Shown here: in pieces, positions 28,891-38,884 of the stretch
Numbering within the stretch: position 1 is the stretch's first letter
How the letters are laid out: each line of letters starts with the position of its first letter
Virus record (IMG/VR): IMGVR_UViG_3300015370_000516
Location: 1 to 64,000 of that record
DNA: 64,000 nt
Reading direction: 5' to 3' (one strand)
Source: a virus
Lineage: Duplodnaviria > Caudoviricetes
Notes under the pieces: generated by a model
The model's database searches: none
What the model was told of the DNA's origin: nothing
Seen by the model: only the letters and a program-made list of their open reading frames with translations
Made by a program: the position numbers and the translations under genes

Positions 28891-31875
28891 ATGCTTCGAG
28901 TCATTTTCTCAGATGGGGTTGAATTGTTTGCAGCCGATCTTCAGGCTGTTGAAGAATACCAAGCCACCGAGGTCAAGACCCGCTGGAATCACCTGGTGGA
29001 AACACCTGGCATCGTTGCCAAGACCTATGATGCCAATATTCTTATGCCCACCTCCGGAGCCACGAGTGGGACGGTCACGGTGTCAGCCGGAGGGGTCTAT
29101 TTTCCAAATGGTGAATATGTATATTTTACTGGTGGATCTTTGACCGGTCTTACTGATGCAGATATGTTCCCCACAGGAAATACTTATGTAGCTGTTGAAC
29201 AGGTTGATACCACTGGAGCAACCCGACCCCACGTAGTCTACTTTACGGACAATTTGCTGCCCACCAGGGGATGGAATGATAATGGGGTGGTTGCTCTGGC
29301 TCTGGTCAATGCGGCTACCGGAGCAGCTTTTATTATAGTTGGCAAGGTGGATGACATTAGTGTCGGCGGTGATGTAACCCTAAACACAGGTGAGACCTAT
29401 CGCCGGACGATGATGATGCCACTACGGACTTTGCCTACAACGCCTGTAATTACGTCCGTAGGGATCGGCAGCGAAGTAGATAGCTTTGAACATTCTGGAA
29501 CGCCCAGGGCAAGGAGAACTGAATTTACTCCAGCCTATTTATCTGTTGCCTGGAACGCCTCTGAACACGAGGATGGGATTCTGGGGTACTATGCTGTTCT
29601 GGACTTTCTTGACAACAGTAATAATGTGCTTACTGGAGCTTCTCAATCACAGCTTCAGTACATCGGAACTGGGATGGGTGTCACCCATACCGGCATGACT
29701 TTTCATCAACTATCTCCGGGATCTAAATGTCAACTTAGGCTTTATGCTCTTTCTAATAGTTCAATCCCAGTCTTGAGTCAGGCTGCCACTGGTGGCCCTT
29801 ACTATGTAGGCTCTGGGCTTACCTTGACTATGCCAGAAATAGTCCTGGAGGAAACCTACGGAGGTCTGTTAGTCACCTGGGAAGCCACTGGGACGACCAA
29901 TGCAACTCTATTCGAGGTCTTTGCCAGCACGGGGGCGTCTCTGACTGGGTCAACTGGTTCATCCATAGATTATAATCAACTATCCTATCGCGGCTATGGC
30001 AGCCGGGCTTTTATTCCTGGACAAATAGACGATGTGGTTTACATTGTAGCCCGTGCGCTGGACTACTCCGGGGCCTTGAGTAGCAATGCACAGATTACTT
30101 CTACAACTCTGCAGGGACCAACAGCCCCACCAGCGCCCGTTAGTGTGCGCCTGACTGGAGTGCGCAATCCAGAAATATCTGACTTGGAATGCGATCCGGA
30201 TTGGAAGAATGACAAGTTTTCCATTGCCATGCGGGGTGGCATCATCTGGGACAAGGCCAATACCGTCTGGGAATGGAATTATAACGATCTTACCGGAACT
30301 GGCGACACCGGTGGCATCTTCAGAGTATCCGCTAACGGAACTGGAATAACTTCAAACTTACTTGTAGATTTACATCTATATCTAAATGCCAATACAACCG
30401 ATTATCTGATTACGGCAAACACAGCGTCCAATGCAGCGGGCAAATTAGCAATAGGGGTCTGTAACCTGGATGGGTCTGTCGCCAACGTCAATGGTGTTGA
30501 AGCCACTGCATTATTACCAGCTATTGTCCATTCCAACGCTGACGAGTACGAAGTTGAGTTCCGAGTTTATACCGATGATGGGCTTAGCTACGAAATTCCT
30601 GTACGGCGCGCCAGAAGCGTTCCGCTGGCTTGGAAAGACCCCATTGTTCCCCAGACCGTAGAAGCTGAGTTACCCATCGGAATTCGAGCACAATGCAACG
30701 TTAAATCTATAGAGCGGGGAACGCATCGGAGTTCGATTCGTACCTATTCAGACGTGGAACGTGTTGAGTACGCCGACAACGACGTTTGGAATGATACCGG
30801 ATCACTGACCTGTGTGGGTACGGAATACGGTTTTGAAATTATCATGTCACCGGCTTCGATGCTGCCGGACATTTCCGGATGGGAAATAGCTTATTGTCAG
30901 GATACACAAGGAACTCCGAGCTTCTCAAATCGGTCGCACAATCCGCAAGTAATTTCTGCTGTGGATCATTTCAGGATAGCTATTGAGCGCGTAGCTGTCT
31001 ACAACGTGGCCGTGCGACCAGTTAAAGGCGGGCAGGCGGTTGGCGTGACCAGGTATACTTCGGTGGGTGCGGGTGGTGGTGGCTATGTGTCTAACATAAA
31101 GCACTTTGAAGTTCCGGTAGATTTGATGCCGATGGGACTTGTTCTAAAATGCCCAGACGTAAATACAGCCCCCAAAGTGAGTGTTGTTGTTTATTCTGGT
31201 GGTACTCCAACATCTTCCGGTAATCCATGCCCATTTCCAAGAGTTGGCCAAAGGGGTGGAATATCTTACTTTAATTACCCAGTTTATAAAATCGTAAGTG
31301 TACACAATTATGCTGCGACAGGGACAGCCTTCGCTGGTTTGGGGAATCCCACGGCATGTGCTATAGGCTTAGATGAAGAAACTACTTACAATTATGACTT
31401 GACTGCTATGACTCATACTGCAGCAGTTTGTATGGTAGATGGTGGGCCAGTCGGATCACTTCCCCAAGTGCAAATCAAAATGTTACGACAAATTGCCAAG
31501 ATTCCTATTTATCGCCCCATTCAAGTAATCAAGGTTGGTTTTGATTGTACTTACACGGATGCGAGCAGTGGTAATCCAGCATTACTGAGAATATACCAAC
31601 AAGGTTTGGAAGCAAGCGGGGCTACTTTATCTGTTTCGTCGTTCAAAACTGGCCCAATTATGGGGAATGCCAATGTAATAATAGATTCACAGAGCATAGG
31701 AACTTTTGCAAGTTTGTGTATTGATGCCTACAATTCGGATAGTGGTGTGACTTATAGCAATGCTATACGAATCCAAGGAACACTCCACATCTATTACCGT
31801 GATCTGCGCATAGATGACCAGACTATCTATGCCTATACGAAACAGCCAATAACTTCACAGGGACAATCACAATAA
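28891..31875 (+). CDS. tail fibre/receptor-binding protein with Fn3/Ig-like segments
   Basis: Thr/Gly/Ser-rich beta protein; LSVAWNAS, LLVTWEA and YIVARALDYSG resemble Fn3 repeats. Confidence 0.6.
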   Translation: MLRVIFSDGVELFAADLQAVEEYQATEVKTRWNHLVETPGIVAKTYDANILMPTSGATSGTVTVSAGGVYFPNGEYVYFTGGSLTGLTDADMFPTGNTYVAVEQVDTTGATRPHVVYFTDNLLPTRGWNDNGVVALALVNAATGAAFIIVGKVDDISVGGDVTLNTGETYRRTMMMPLRTLPTTPVITSVGIGSEVDSFEHSGTPRARRTEFTPAYLSVAWNASEHEDGILGYYAVLDFLDNSNNVLTGASQSQLQYIGTGMGVTHTGMTFHQLSPGSKCQLRLYALSNSSIPVLSQAATGGPYYVGSGLTLTMPEIVLEETYGGLLVTWEATGTTNATLFEVFASTGASLTGSTGSSIDYNQLSYRGYGSRAFIPGQIDDVVYIVARALDYSGALSSNAQITSTTLQGPTAPPAPVSVRLTGVRNPEISDLECDPDWKNDKFSIAMRGGIIWDKANTVWEWNYNDLTGTGDTGGIFRVSANGTGITSNLLVDLHLYLNANTTDYLITANTASNAAGKLAIGVCNLDGSVANVNGVEATALLPAIVHSNADEYEVEFRVYTDDGLSYEIPVRRARSVPLAWKDPIVPQTVEAELPIGIRAQCNVKSIERGTHRSSIRTYSDVERVEYADNDVWNDTGSLTCVGTEYGFEIIMSPASMLPDISGWEIAYCQDTQGTPSFSNRSHNPQVISAVDHFRIAIERVAVYNVAVRPVKGGQAVGVTRYTSVGAGGGGYVSNIKHFEVPVDLMPMGLVLKCPDVNTAPKVSVVVYSGGTPTSSGNPCPFPRVGQRGGISYFNYPVYKIVSVHNYAATGTAFAGLGNPTACAIGLDEETTYNYDLTAMTHTAAVCMVDGGPVGSLPQVQIKMLRQIAKIPIYRPIQVIKVGFDCTYTDASSGNPALLRIYQQGLEASGATLSVSSFKTGPIMGNANVIIDSQSIGTFASLCIDAYNSDSGVTYSNAIRIQGTLHIYYRDLRIDDQTIYAYTKQPITSQGQSQ

Positions 31876-33263
31876 TGGCTTCTACATCGGGCAGGAAGAA
31901 GCACAGCCAGCCGGGGGTTCGCTCTCGTCGGTTTAGGAACTGGGATCATCTCAACGATAACAGCTTTTCCCCACAAGATTTGGGTCCAGTGCAAAGGGTA
32001 TTTCATCCAGGCACAGAACTCCAAATTACCGGCGCAACTATCCCCGATGCTCAAGGAGATCAGAACAGAACCGTTCATACAGGACGAGCCTATAAAGGCG
32101 ATGGTTCAGCGAGAATTTTGATTACTGGATTAGTAACAGGATTTACAATTGAGGCTGTTTGCGGTAGTCCGGTTATCGGTGCAGGAAGAATACAATTGAT
32201 CTCTGGAGAAACTGTTTGTGGCATTTCTATATCCGGTGCGGATGGCTCTGTTTTTGGATTCTATAAGTGTGATGAAGGTACTGGAACTACTTGTTACGAT
32301 AGTTCTGGAAATGAGAATCATGGAACAATAGACAGCATAACCGGCAGCACTTTTTTCACAACCCAGAATTTTATCAGCTACCAGAATGAAGTTGGCTACA
32401 ACATTGGAACTACTACTGGAGGAGCCTTAGTATACATCCCCCGCGACGAGAGCAATCCCAGTTATGACGTGCTTGGCGCTTCATTGGCTTTTACTGGACG
32501 GGTAAAATACAATCTAATACTCGGCAGTACCTTTTGTGGTAATGTTCCAACCACGTCCGGAACTGCTGTGATTTTTGATAATTCTATATCCGCAGGAGCC
32601 GTCCTAACAAATCGTGGCTTGACCGGAGCCACACTGACACCCAGTTCAAGAACTATTTCATTTACAGGTACAGGGCACTTTTTTGACGTAACTATTGTGA
32701 ATTCAAGTGGGGATATGATAGTACATCTGCCCTGTGCCGAGGGCGGTGGGTTGCGATTGTATGATGATTCAGGAAATAATAATCATGCTACCATCTCCGG
32801 TATAACTGAGGAAGCTTTCTGGGAAGACATTTATCAAGCGGAATATTTCAAGAACTTAGTAGAGGGATTTAGTCTTTTCACCGGAACAGGATTAAGAAGT
32901 ATTTCAATACCATTTCATAAATATAAGTATCCACTAAATGCAGCAATACCAACTGGACACAGTTTTGCCGGTCACCATTTCCCAGGCACTTGGCACAATG
33001 GATGTGAGACCAGTATGTATCAAGCAGCAGCACCGGAACTTATACAAGCAGATCTAATCAGCGGTAGTAATTTCTGGTTCTCTGTGGTCGGCGGTTTTAA
33101 GGAAATATGGAATTATAATTTGAGTGGGGACGTTAATCATAGAATTTTTGCGGATATTCATTTGGAATCTGAAAATAAATGGCTTAATTTTATCCTTATG
33201 GGCAGTGGTCTGACTGCTACCGATCTATTCGATCTGCAAGTTTTTCTATGGCAAGCCCCATGA
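31875..33263 (+). CDS. tail-associated protein with LamG-flanking repeats
   Basis: YKCDEGTGTTCYDSSGNENHGTI and LPCAEGGGLRLYDDSGNNNHATI. Confidence 0.55.
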   Translation: MASTSGRKKHSQPGVRSRRFRNWDHLNDNSFSPQDLGPVQRVFHPGTELQITGATIPDAQGDQNRTVHTGRAYKGDGSARILITGLVTGFTIEAVCGSPVIGAGRIQLISGETVCGISISGADGSVFGFYKCDEGTGTTCYDSSGNENHGTIDSITGSTFFTTQNFISYQNEVGYNIGTTTGGALVYIPRDESNPSYDVLGASLAFTGRVKYNLILGSTFCGNVPTTSGTAVIFDNSISAGAVLTNRGLTGATLTPSSRTISFTGTGHFFDVTIVNSSGDMIVHLPCAEGGGLRLYDDSGNNNHATISGITEEAFWEDIYQAEYFKNLVEGFSLFTGTGLRSISIPFHKYKYPLNAAIPTGHSFAGHHFPGTWHNGCETSMYQAAAPELIQADLISGSNFWFSVVGGFKEIWNYNLSGDVNHRIFADIHLESENKWLNFILMGSGLTATDLFDLQVFLWQAP

Positions 33264-33271
33264 TCAAGCGA

Positions 33272-33329
33272 TTTTGCCACAAAAAATGGCAGAAAGTTAG
33301 CTCCTGCACATGTTAAGGAGATACTTCCG
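33272..33329 (+). ncRNA. degenerate omega-RNA-like 3' tail (copy 2) forming the sigma factor leader
   Basis: 35/44 nt identity (33288-33331 vs 60585-60628); CTCCT/AGGAG stem; TTTTGCCA/TGGCAGAA hairpin upstream. Confidence 0.5.
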
Positions 33330-34042
33330 TGGCAGGAACCGTAATTCTAACAACTGGAGGCATACTCAACGACCTCCCCCAAAAACAGCTTAGCAATTCT
33401 GAAGAGCATGAACTGATAGCCAGCTCCCAGAAAGGCGATATAACTGCCCGCAATAAACTAATTTTAGCCCACCTCGGTTTCATCATCTCAGCCGCAAATC
33501 ACATTTTAGGTCCGTACAATCCCCTACTTGAAGACATGATCCATGAGGGCATTCTTGGTGACATAATTGGCATCGAGCGGTTTGATATAAATCGTACCAA
33601 TATTCGCTATTGTGCCTATGGGTACTGGTGGGTACGGGATGCCATTACTTCGGCAAATCGAGCTGAAAAGAAGTATCTAAACCAACATGTCTTTTCCGTA
33701 TTCGATAGCGATGTTGAAACTTTGGATAAACAAACAGCCGAGACCTTTTATCGTGGCCCAACCACAATACCAACACCAATTCTAAAAGACAGAGACCTTT
33801 GGGAAGAATATAAAGCCGGTGGTAGACTACAGGGTATTGATCTTTTGACAGAATTATTGAATCTAACTAACGGTGGTTTAGACCAGAGGCAAAGACAAAT
33901 CCTCATACGTAGTTATCATGATGGTTGGAACTCCACGCAAATTGCCAAAGCAACGGGACTATCCAGCCGCTGGGTTGCTGTACTTAAAAAGCGCGCCATC
34001 GAAGAGATCAAAGCTCGCGTAGCAGATAAGATGAGTGGATAG
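33329..34042 (+). CDS. sigma-70-family RNA polymerase sigma factor
   Basis: Region 2 (ARNKLILAHLGFI...EDMIHEG...IERFD...AY.WWVRDAI) and region 4 HTH (LDQRQRQIL...TQIAKATGLS..WV..LKKRA). Confidence 0.85.
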   Translation: MAGTVILTTGGILNDLPQKQLSNSEEHELIASSQKGDITARNKLILAHLGFIISAANHILGPYNPLLEDMIHEGILGDIIGIERFDINRTNIRYCAYGYWWVRDAITSANRAEKKYLNQHVFSVFDSDVETLDKQTAETFYRGPTTIPTPILKDRDLWEEYKAGGRLQGIDLLTELLNLTNGGLDQRQRQILIRSYHDGWNSTQIAKATGLSSRWVAVLKKRAIEEIKARVADKMSG

Positions 34043-34112
34043 AAGAAATAGAAGTTTTTGTTTGTTTTCTATAAGTTTTAATTTTATATTTAGTGCACGA
34101 GAAGGAATCGAG

Positions 34113-35663
34113 ATGTCTAAAGTGACCATAGGACGCGACCGAATTAAAATTGTTGCCCCAGAAGGTTTAACTAAGGAACAGCTTGCTACCAGAAATCTCA
34201 TTGTTGAATCTCTGAGTTTCAGGAAAAATGACTTCTTCTTCAGCGAGGAATATCAAAGGGGTAACTGGGACGGATATTACTGTCTATACCGCAAGGGTAA
34301 GATCAAACTGCCCAACGGCCGCTTTTCCTATAACGGTGACAAAGATTGGTATTCAACAGGTCATTTGCAGAATACGCTGGGAAGTTGGATAAGGCTTGGT
34401 CTGGAGATAGAGGACCAGCGCAACCTTCCGGTTCTAAAGATTAATCCTGATTTATCTATTTTTGCTGGTTTGCGGGAATATCAACGAGAGGCTGTATCAG
34501 CCATAATAAACAACAAAAAGCACGGACTGCCCACCCCCAGGGGAATAATTCATCTACCACCCAGAACGGGTAAGACGAGAATAGCTATAGCCCTGTTGGA
34601 GCAGGTACAAAGCAGGCCTGCGGTGTTCATAGTTGAACGAGTTGACTTGGCTCGGCAAACTCAGGCGGCTATGGCTGAGTTGCTATCCGAGCCAATTGGC
34701 TTAGTTGGCGATGGTAATTCCGATATTAGGGATATTACAGTAGTTACCATTCAAAGTCTACACGCAGCCTTTGGGATGCGGTTTGATACCCGTAGAGGTG
34801 AATATAAAGAAGCTACCCCAAACAGGAAAATAAAACTCGATTTGGTTAAGCTAATTCGTGGCTGTGAAATTCTGATCATAGATGAAGCTCACCACATTGT
34901 TTCGAGATCATACAGAGAAGCCTTTCGTAAAGCGGTCAATGCTTGGTGTGTTATTGGTCTATCCGGAACACCATGGATAGACGATGGTTCTGATCTGCTG
35001 CTTTCAGACGGTATAGGTCCTATAATCTATCATCGTGGTTATTCATACATGGTAAGAAACAAGTTTCTTGTTCCCCTTAACATTTACTTCTATAGGTTGC
35101 CAAAAGTTCTGTGTTATTCAGGCAATTACCAAGCGGTTTATAGGGCTGCTGTAGTAGATAACCCAATCAAGGAATATTTAATTGTAGGCGCTGCCAAATC
35201 GCTAATTAAGGCTGGAAAATCGGTAGCTATCTTAGTTACCCAGATCCAACACGCCAAACGCTTAGGAAGGCTTATACCTAATTCCGTGGTGCTTACCGGA
35301 CAGGAACGCGGAGTGTACCGTTACAAGGTTTTTCGCCAGTTAGACAAAAAGCGGGTCATGTGTATTATCAGCACGGTTTTTAGCGAGGGCATAGACGTGC
35401 CCAGCCTGGACGCCGGTATTAATGCGGATGGGGGAATGGATAGCCGCAGAATCTTTCAGCGGATGCGCATGATGACCCCCAGCCCAGGAAAAACAAAAGG
35501 CATTTTTATAGACTTTTACCACTTGGAGAAGTACTTGAAAAAACATTCTAAAATCAGATTGAGCTATTATCAAAAGGAACCAAGCTTTCAGATTATAGAA
35601 AAGGATCTAAGAGCTTCTCTAATGCTTAGATTTAGAAACCAAGTGCCCCTGGAGGATCTATGA
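34113..35663 (+). CDS. superfamily 2 DEAH helicase (UvsW/ResIII-like)
   Basis: LPPRTGKT, IIDEAHH, GLSGTP, SEGIDVP and QRMR motifs; ATG 34113 with GAAGGA RBS preferred over 34035. Confidence 0.85.
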   Translation: MSKVTIGRDRIKIVAPEGLTKEQLATRNLIVESLSFRKNDFFFSEEYQRGNWDGYYCLYRKGKIKLPNGRFSYNGDKDWYSTGHLQNTLGSWIRLGLEIEDQRNLPVLKINPDLSIFAGLREYQREAVSAIINNKKHGLPTPRGIIHLPPRTGKTRIAIALLEQVQSRPAVFIVERVDLARQTQAAMAELLSEPIGLVGDGNSDIRDITVVTIQSLHAAFGMRFDTRRGEYKEATPNRKIKLDLVKLIRGCEILIIDEAHHIVSRSYREAFRKAVNAWCVIGLSGTPWIDDGSDLLLSDGIGPIIYHRGYSYMVRNKFLVPLNIYFYRLPKVLCYSGNYQAVYRAAVVDNPIKEYLIVGAAKSLIKAGKSVAILVTQIQHAKRLGRLIPNSVVLTGQERGVYRYKVFRQLDKKRVMCIISTVFSEGIDVPSLDAGINADGGMDSRRIFQRMRMMTPSPGKTKGIFIDFYHLEKYLKKHSKIRLSYYQKEPSFQIIEKDLRASLMLRFRNQVPLEDL

Positions 35664-36157
35664 AACGGGACGTTTACCGAGGCATAGATCCATTAATAAA
35701 TGACTTAGTACACACAGTTTTTTCCCAACGTGAACAGATTAAACAACTTAAACTTGCCTTGGATTCCCACATACCAAAAGAAGAAAAAAAAGAAGATGTT
35801 AGTGAATGGAATGGCAGTAGATTTTTGCGGGAGTTCCGAGAACAATTCAAGTTGAGCAAAGGATATGACTTTCCCGACGGGGCTTACGATGACGTGTATG
35901 CAGCGAGACAGATAATACAGTTTATCAACAGACAAGAAGTTACCAAAAATGATTATTATGATTATCTTTTATTTCTTATCAATAACCCCAATTTAAAAGT
36001 GATGACTTTTTCTTGGCTTTGGAATAAGAGATACTTCTACTCCTTTCACAGACAGAGATCATTACAAGTAGTTAAAACACACAGACAGACAAAGAAACTC
36101 GATTTATCACCACAACTTAGCCAACTGGCTGAGGCACGTGGATTGTCAGATGATTAG
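35660..36157 (+). CDS. hypothetical protein, candidate replication initiator/origin-binding protein
   Basis: Sits immediately before the iteron-like array and the DnaC/DnaB genes; function inferred from position only. Confidence 0.4.
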   Translation: MKRDVYRGIDPLINDLVHTVFSQREQIKQLKLALDSHIPKEEKKEDVSEWNGSRFLREFREQFKLSKGYDFPDGAYDDVYAARQIIQFINRQEVTKNDYYDYLLFLINNPNLKVMTFSWLWNKRYFYSFHRQRSLQVVKTHRQTKKLDLSPQLSQLAEARGLSDD

Positions 36158-36691
36158 ATATACAAGTATATCTTGCTAAGATTATCTTCTATTTCTTATC
36201 AATTTTTACTAAGATTATCTTCTATTTCTTATCAATTTTTACTAAGATTATCTTCTATTTCTTATCAATTTTTACTAAGATTATCTTCTATTTCTTATCA
36301 ATTTTTACTAAGATTATCTTCTATTTGTTGATAAGATTATCTTCTATTTCTTATCTTAGTTTATCTTCTATTTCTCTTCGGATTTTGCTTACAAGAGCGC
36401 CTATAAGCGTACTTACAAGAGCGCCTTATTGTTAACTACTATAGGATATAATATATTTATTATTATTATTGTAATTACAAGGGCTTCTTATAAGCGGCTC
36501 TTAAAGGCTTTCTATAAGCGGCCATTACAAGCGTTTCTTATAAGGCGCATTATGATAATCAACAATTCCTTAGGCTACGACTTTCTAACGAAAGATCGTA
36601 GCCATTCACAAAGATTCTCTTGAAGCAAGAGAATCTTTATGAATCTGTAACTTTCACACATCGCGCGCGCGCATGAGCAAGAATCCCGAAG
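36157..36691. other. putative replication origin
   Basis: IR GATATAC-AA-GTATATC, 33-bp iterons, ~24-bp repeats (TTACAAG...TATAAGCG) flanking an AT-rich tract, and a 13-bp IR at 36610-36638; upstream of loader and helicase. Confidence 0.65.
36176..36376. repeat. 33-bp tandem repeat (CTAAGATTATCTTCTATTTCTTATCAATTTTTA): 4 full and 3 partial copies
   Basis: Units start at 36176, 36209, 36242, 36275 and 36308; no spacers. Confidence 0.95.
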
Positions 36692-37447
36692 ATGGCTAAA
36701 CTAACTCCAGAAGAACTCAAGACACGGATCTTCGATTCATGTCAAGACCCAGAATGCGGAACTGGCAAGACTGGCTATGTCCTGGAACCTGGGAAAAAGG
36801 CGCATTTCCGAGATTGTCGGTGTATGACATTATACAAACAGCAAGTTGGTTATCTGCTGGCTGGCATTCCGGAACGGTTCTGGTCTTTTACATACCGAGA
36901 TCTGACCAAAACTTTTAGACAGGCTAATAGCGCCAGCTTAGGCTTGTTCAAGATTTGGTCTGATGATCTTGCTTCTATCCTGCAGATAGGTGCAAGTCTT
37001 ATGCTCTGGTCAGCGGATCATGGCACAGCTAAGTCCGCCTTGGCTTCAGTCCCTGCCAGAAAAGCATTGGACGGAAACAAGCGGGTTCTCTGGCTATCCG
37101 GTATGACTTTGTTCGATGAATTGTGCCTGCGGGATACCAGCATGCTTCTGTGGGCTAAGATAGATCAGACAGATTTGTTAGTTCTGGACGAGATAGACAA
37201 AGTTTTTGCTCCAGGAGAGACCAAGTATGCATGGGGGCATTTAACTGAATTCTTCAATCGGCTGTACGAACAGAAAGTGCCAGTTATAAGCACAGCCAAC
37301 CAACCGTTGGCGGATTTGTCTAATATTTACCCCACTGCCGTCTTTGACCGGATACAGGAATGGGACTCTCTGGAATTCTACGGAGTGAATTACCGTTTCC
37401 AGATTTCTTATCTGGAGCAGATCGCCAAAAAGACTTATGGAAAATAG
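36692..37447 (+). CDS. DnaC/IstB-like ATPase (helicase loader)
   Basis: N-terminal Cys cluster (CQDPEC...CRC), AGIPERF, degenerate Walker A (DHGTAKS), Walker B LLVLDEI, ISTAN and FDRI motifs. Confidence 0.8.
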   Translation: MAKLTPEELKTRIFDSCQDPECGTGKTGYVLEPGKKAHFRDCRCMTLYKQQVGYLLAGIPERFWSFTYRDLTKTFRQANSASLGLFKIWSDDLASILQIGASLMLWSADHGTAKSALASVPARKALDGNKRVLWLSGMTLFDELCLRDTSMLLWAKIDQTDLLVLDEIDKVFAPGETKYAWGHLTEFFNRLYEQKVPVISTANQPLADLSNIYPTAVFDRIQEWDSLEFYGVNYRFQISYLEQIAKKTYGK

Positions 37448-38819
37448 CCAATATCCAACCGAATCCAGACAAGCCGAACAGTACGTGCTCGGATTAGCCT
37501 TGCAGGACCCCAAGAACTTCCAAGAGTTTTTAAAGCTCCCATCATCCGCTTTCGTATTTTATGGTAATTTGTGTGAATCCCTGAGAACGTTTTGGTCTGA
37601 ATTCAACGCTGTCCCCACCTCGGCAGCATTCCAATCCTGGTGTCCTAATCCCGAAGCCTTGAAAGAACTGGCTCAAATACTTTCTAAAACTATCCCAGAA
37701 GGGGCAGAGATAGGGCTATTTGCCCAGATCTTAGGCGATGCGGGTCTTGGTAGGGGTCTGCTGGAGATCGCGGCTTACGTGGCAGATTTTACGGGTCATG
37801 AGCCACACCGCAAATTATTGACTTCGGTTCAGCATAGAATTACCGATTTATCGTTGAAATCGAGTCATAAAGCTAATACCACCCGCGCTTGGTATTGGGA
37901 AACTGCGCCAGACCGTTGGAAGCGTTATAGGTTCTTACAGGATCATCCAGAATCCTTGTGCGGTATCAAGTTTGGGATTCCGTCCTTGGACAAAAGCACC
38001 GGTGGTCTTCATGCTTTTGTTGGCGAAGCTGATTTAATAGCTATTTTTGGCAAGCCTGGCGTTTATAAGTCTCGGATGATGCTCAATATGGCTTATAATC
38101 AAGCGCGGAGAGGTATTCCGATATTGTACATATCACGGGAAATGAGCGCCCAGCGAATAGGTTTACTTTTAGATGCTCTGGAGTCTTTGCTAACTGATGC
38201 CCAGGGTGGTTCGGAACGTCTTGACTACATTTGGCTGCAAGAGGGGAATTTACAGGGACGTTACCGGCGCAGGTATAAGAATCTCCTGAAGACTTTGCAT
38301 GACCAGCGCCAGTACCCCCTGTGGTTGGTTGACTGCCCAGACGTTATTACAACTGGTGATGTGGCTGTAGAAGTGGAACTATATCATGGGCAATACGGGG
38401 ATTTTCCTAAAGTTATTTATCTGGACTACGCCAATCTCATTGATCCGCTTTCTGCCTATGATCATGAAAGTCAAAAGATGGATCGTATTTTCTTGGAACT
38501 TTTGGGCATTACCAAGGGCTACGGAATCCCGCTGGTTACTGCGGTGCGGGAATCGAGAACTGGATCGTTGATAAAAGACCGCGGAGATATGGGCATTGAG
38601 CATGTTGGGTTATCACAAGCTATTGCCTATCATGTACACCAACTATGGCATTTGGATTTTAGCAAAGAAGACGCTGCCCAGAATCGGCTGTGGGTACGCG
38701 CCAAGAAGAATCGCTATGGTGAACTGTTTGAAATACCTCTATTCGCGGCCCCTGAATACGCCTATGTTGGCGATAGGGAGTTAGATGTTCAAGATGGGTA
38801 TGAGGGACAGTTTGGGTAA
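37437..38819 (+). CDS. dnaB: replicative DnaB-like helicase
   Basis: GIPSLDKSTGGL, Walker A GKPGVYKS, ISREMS, IYLDY and KKNRYG. Confidence 0.85.
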   Translation: MENSQYPTESRQAEQYVLGLALQDPKNFQEFLKLPSSAFVFYGNLCESLRTFWSEFNAVPTSAAFQSWCPNPEALKELAQILSKTIPEGAEIGLFAQILGDAGLGRGLLEIAAYVADFTGHEPHRKLLTSVQHRITDLSLKSSHKANTTRAWYWETAPDRWKRYRFLQDHPESLCGIKFGIPSLDKSTGGLHAFVGEADLIAIFGKPGVYKSRMMLNMAYNQARRGIPILYISREMSAQRIGLLLDALESLLTDAQGGSERLDYIWLQEGNLQGRYRRRYKNLLKTLHDQRQYPLWLVDCPDVITTGDVAVEVELYHGQYGDFPKVIYLDYANLIDPLSAYDHESQKMDRIFLELLGITKGYGIPLVTAVRESRTGSLIKDRGDMGIEHVGLSQAIAYHVHQLWHLDFSKEDAAQNRLWVRAKKNRYGELFEIPLFAAPEYAYVGDRELDVQDGYEGQFG

Positions 38820-38840
38820 TGTTATGTTGATAATAAATAC

Positions 38841-38870
38841 TTGTAAATGTATTTGGATTCTTGATAGTTT
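38841..38870 (+). promoter_or_regulatory. sigma70-like promoter (TTGTAA ... TGn-TAGTTT)
   Basis: AAATACTTGTAA shared with 40405-40416; extended -10; lies just upstream of the tnpB remnant. Confidence 0.5.
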
Positions 38871-38884
38871 TGGATTAAATTATG

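Noticed and set aside
36173-36331. Protein encoded by the 33-bp repeats (LRLSSISYQFL)n
   Set aside because: Only about 52 codons in one frame, no RBS, and all three minus-strand frames contain stops in each unit; better explained as DNA repeats.
36176-36376. CRISPR array
   Set aside because: The 33-bp units are head-to-tail with no unique spacers, and no cas genes are present.
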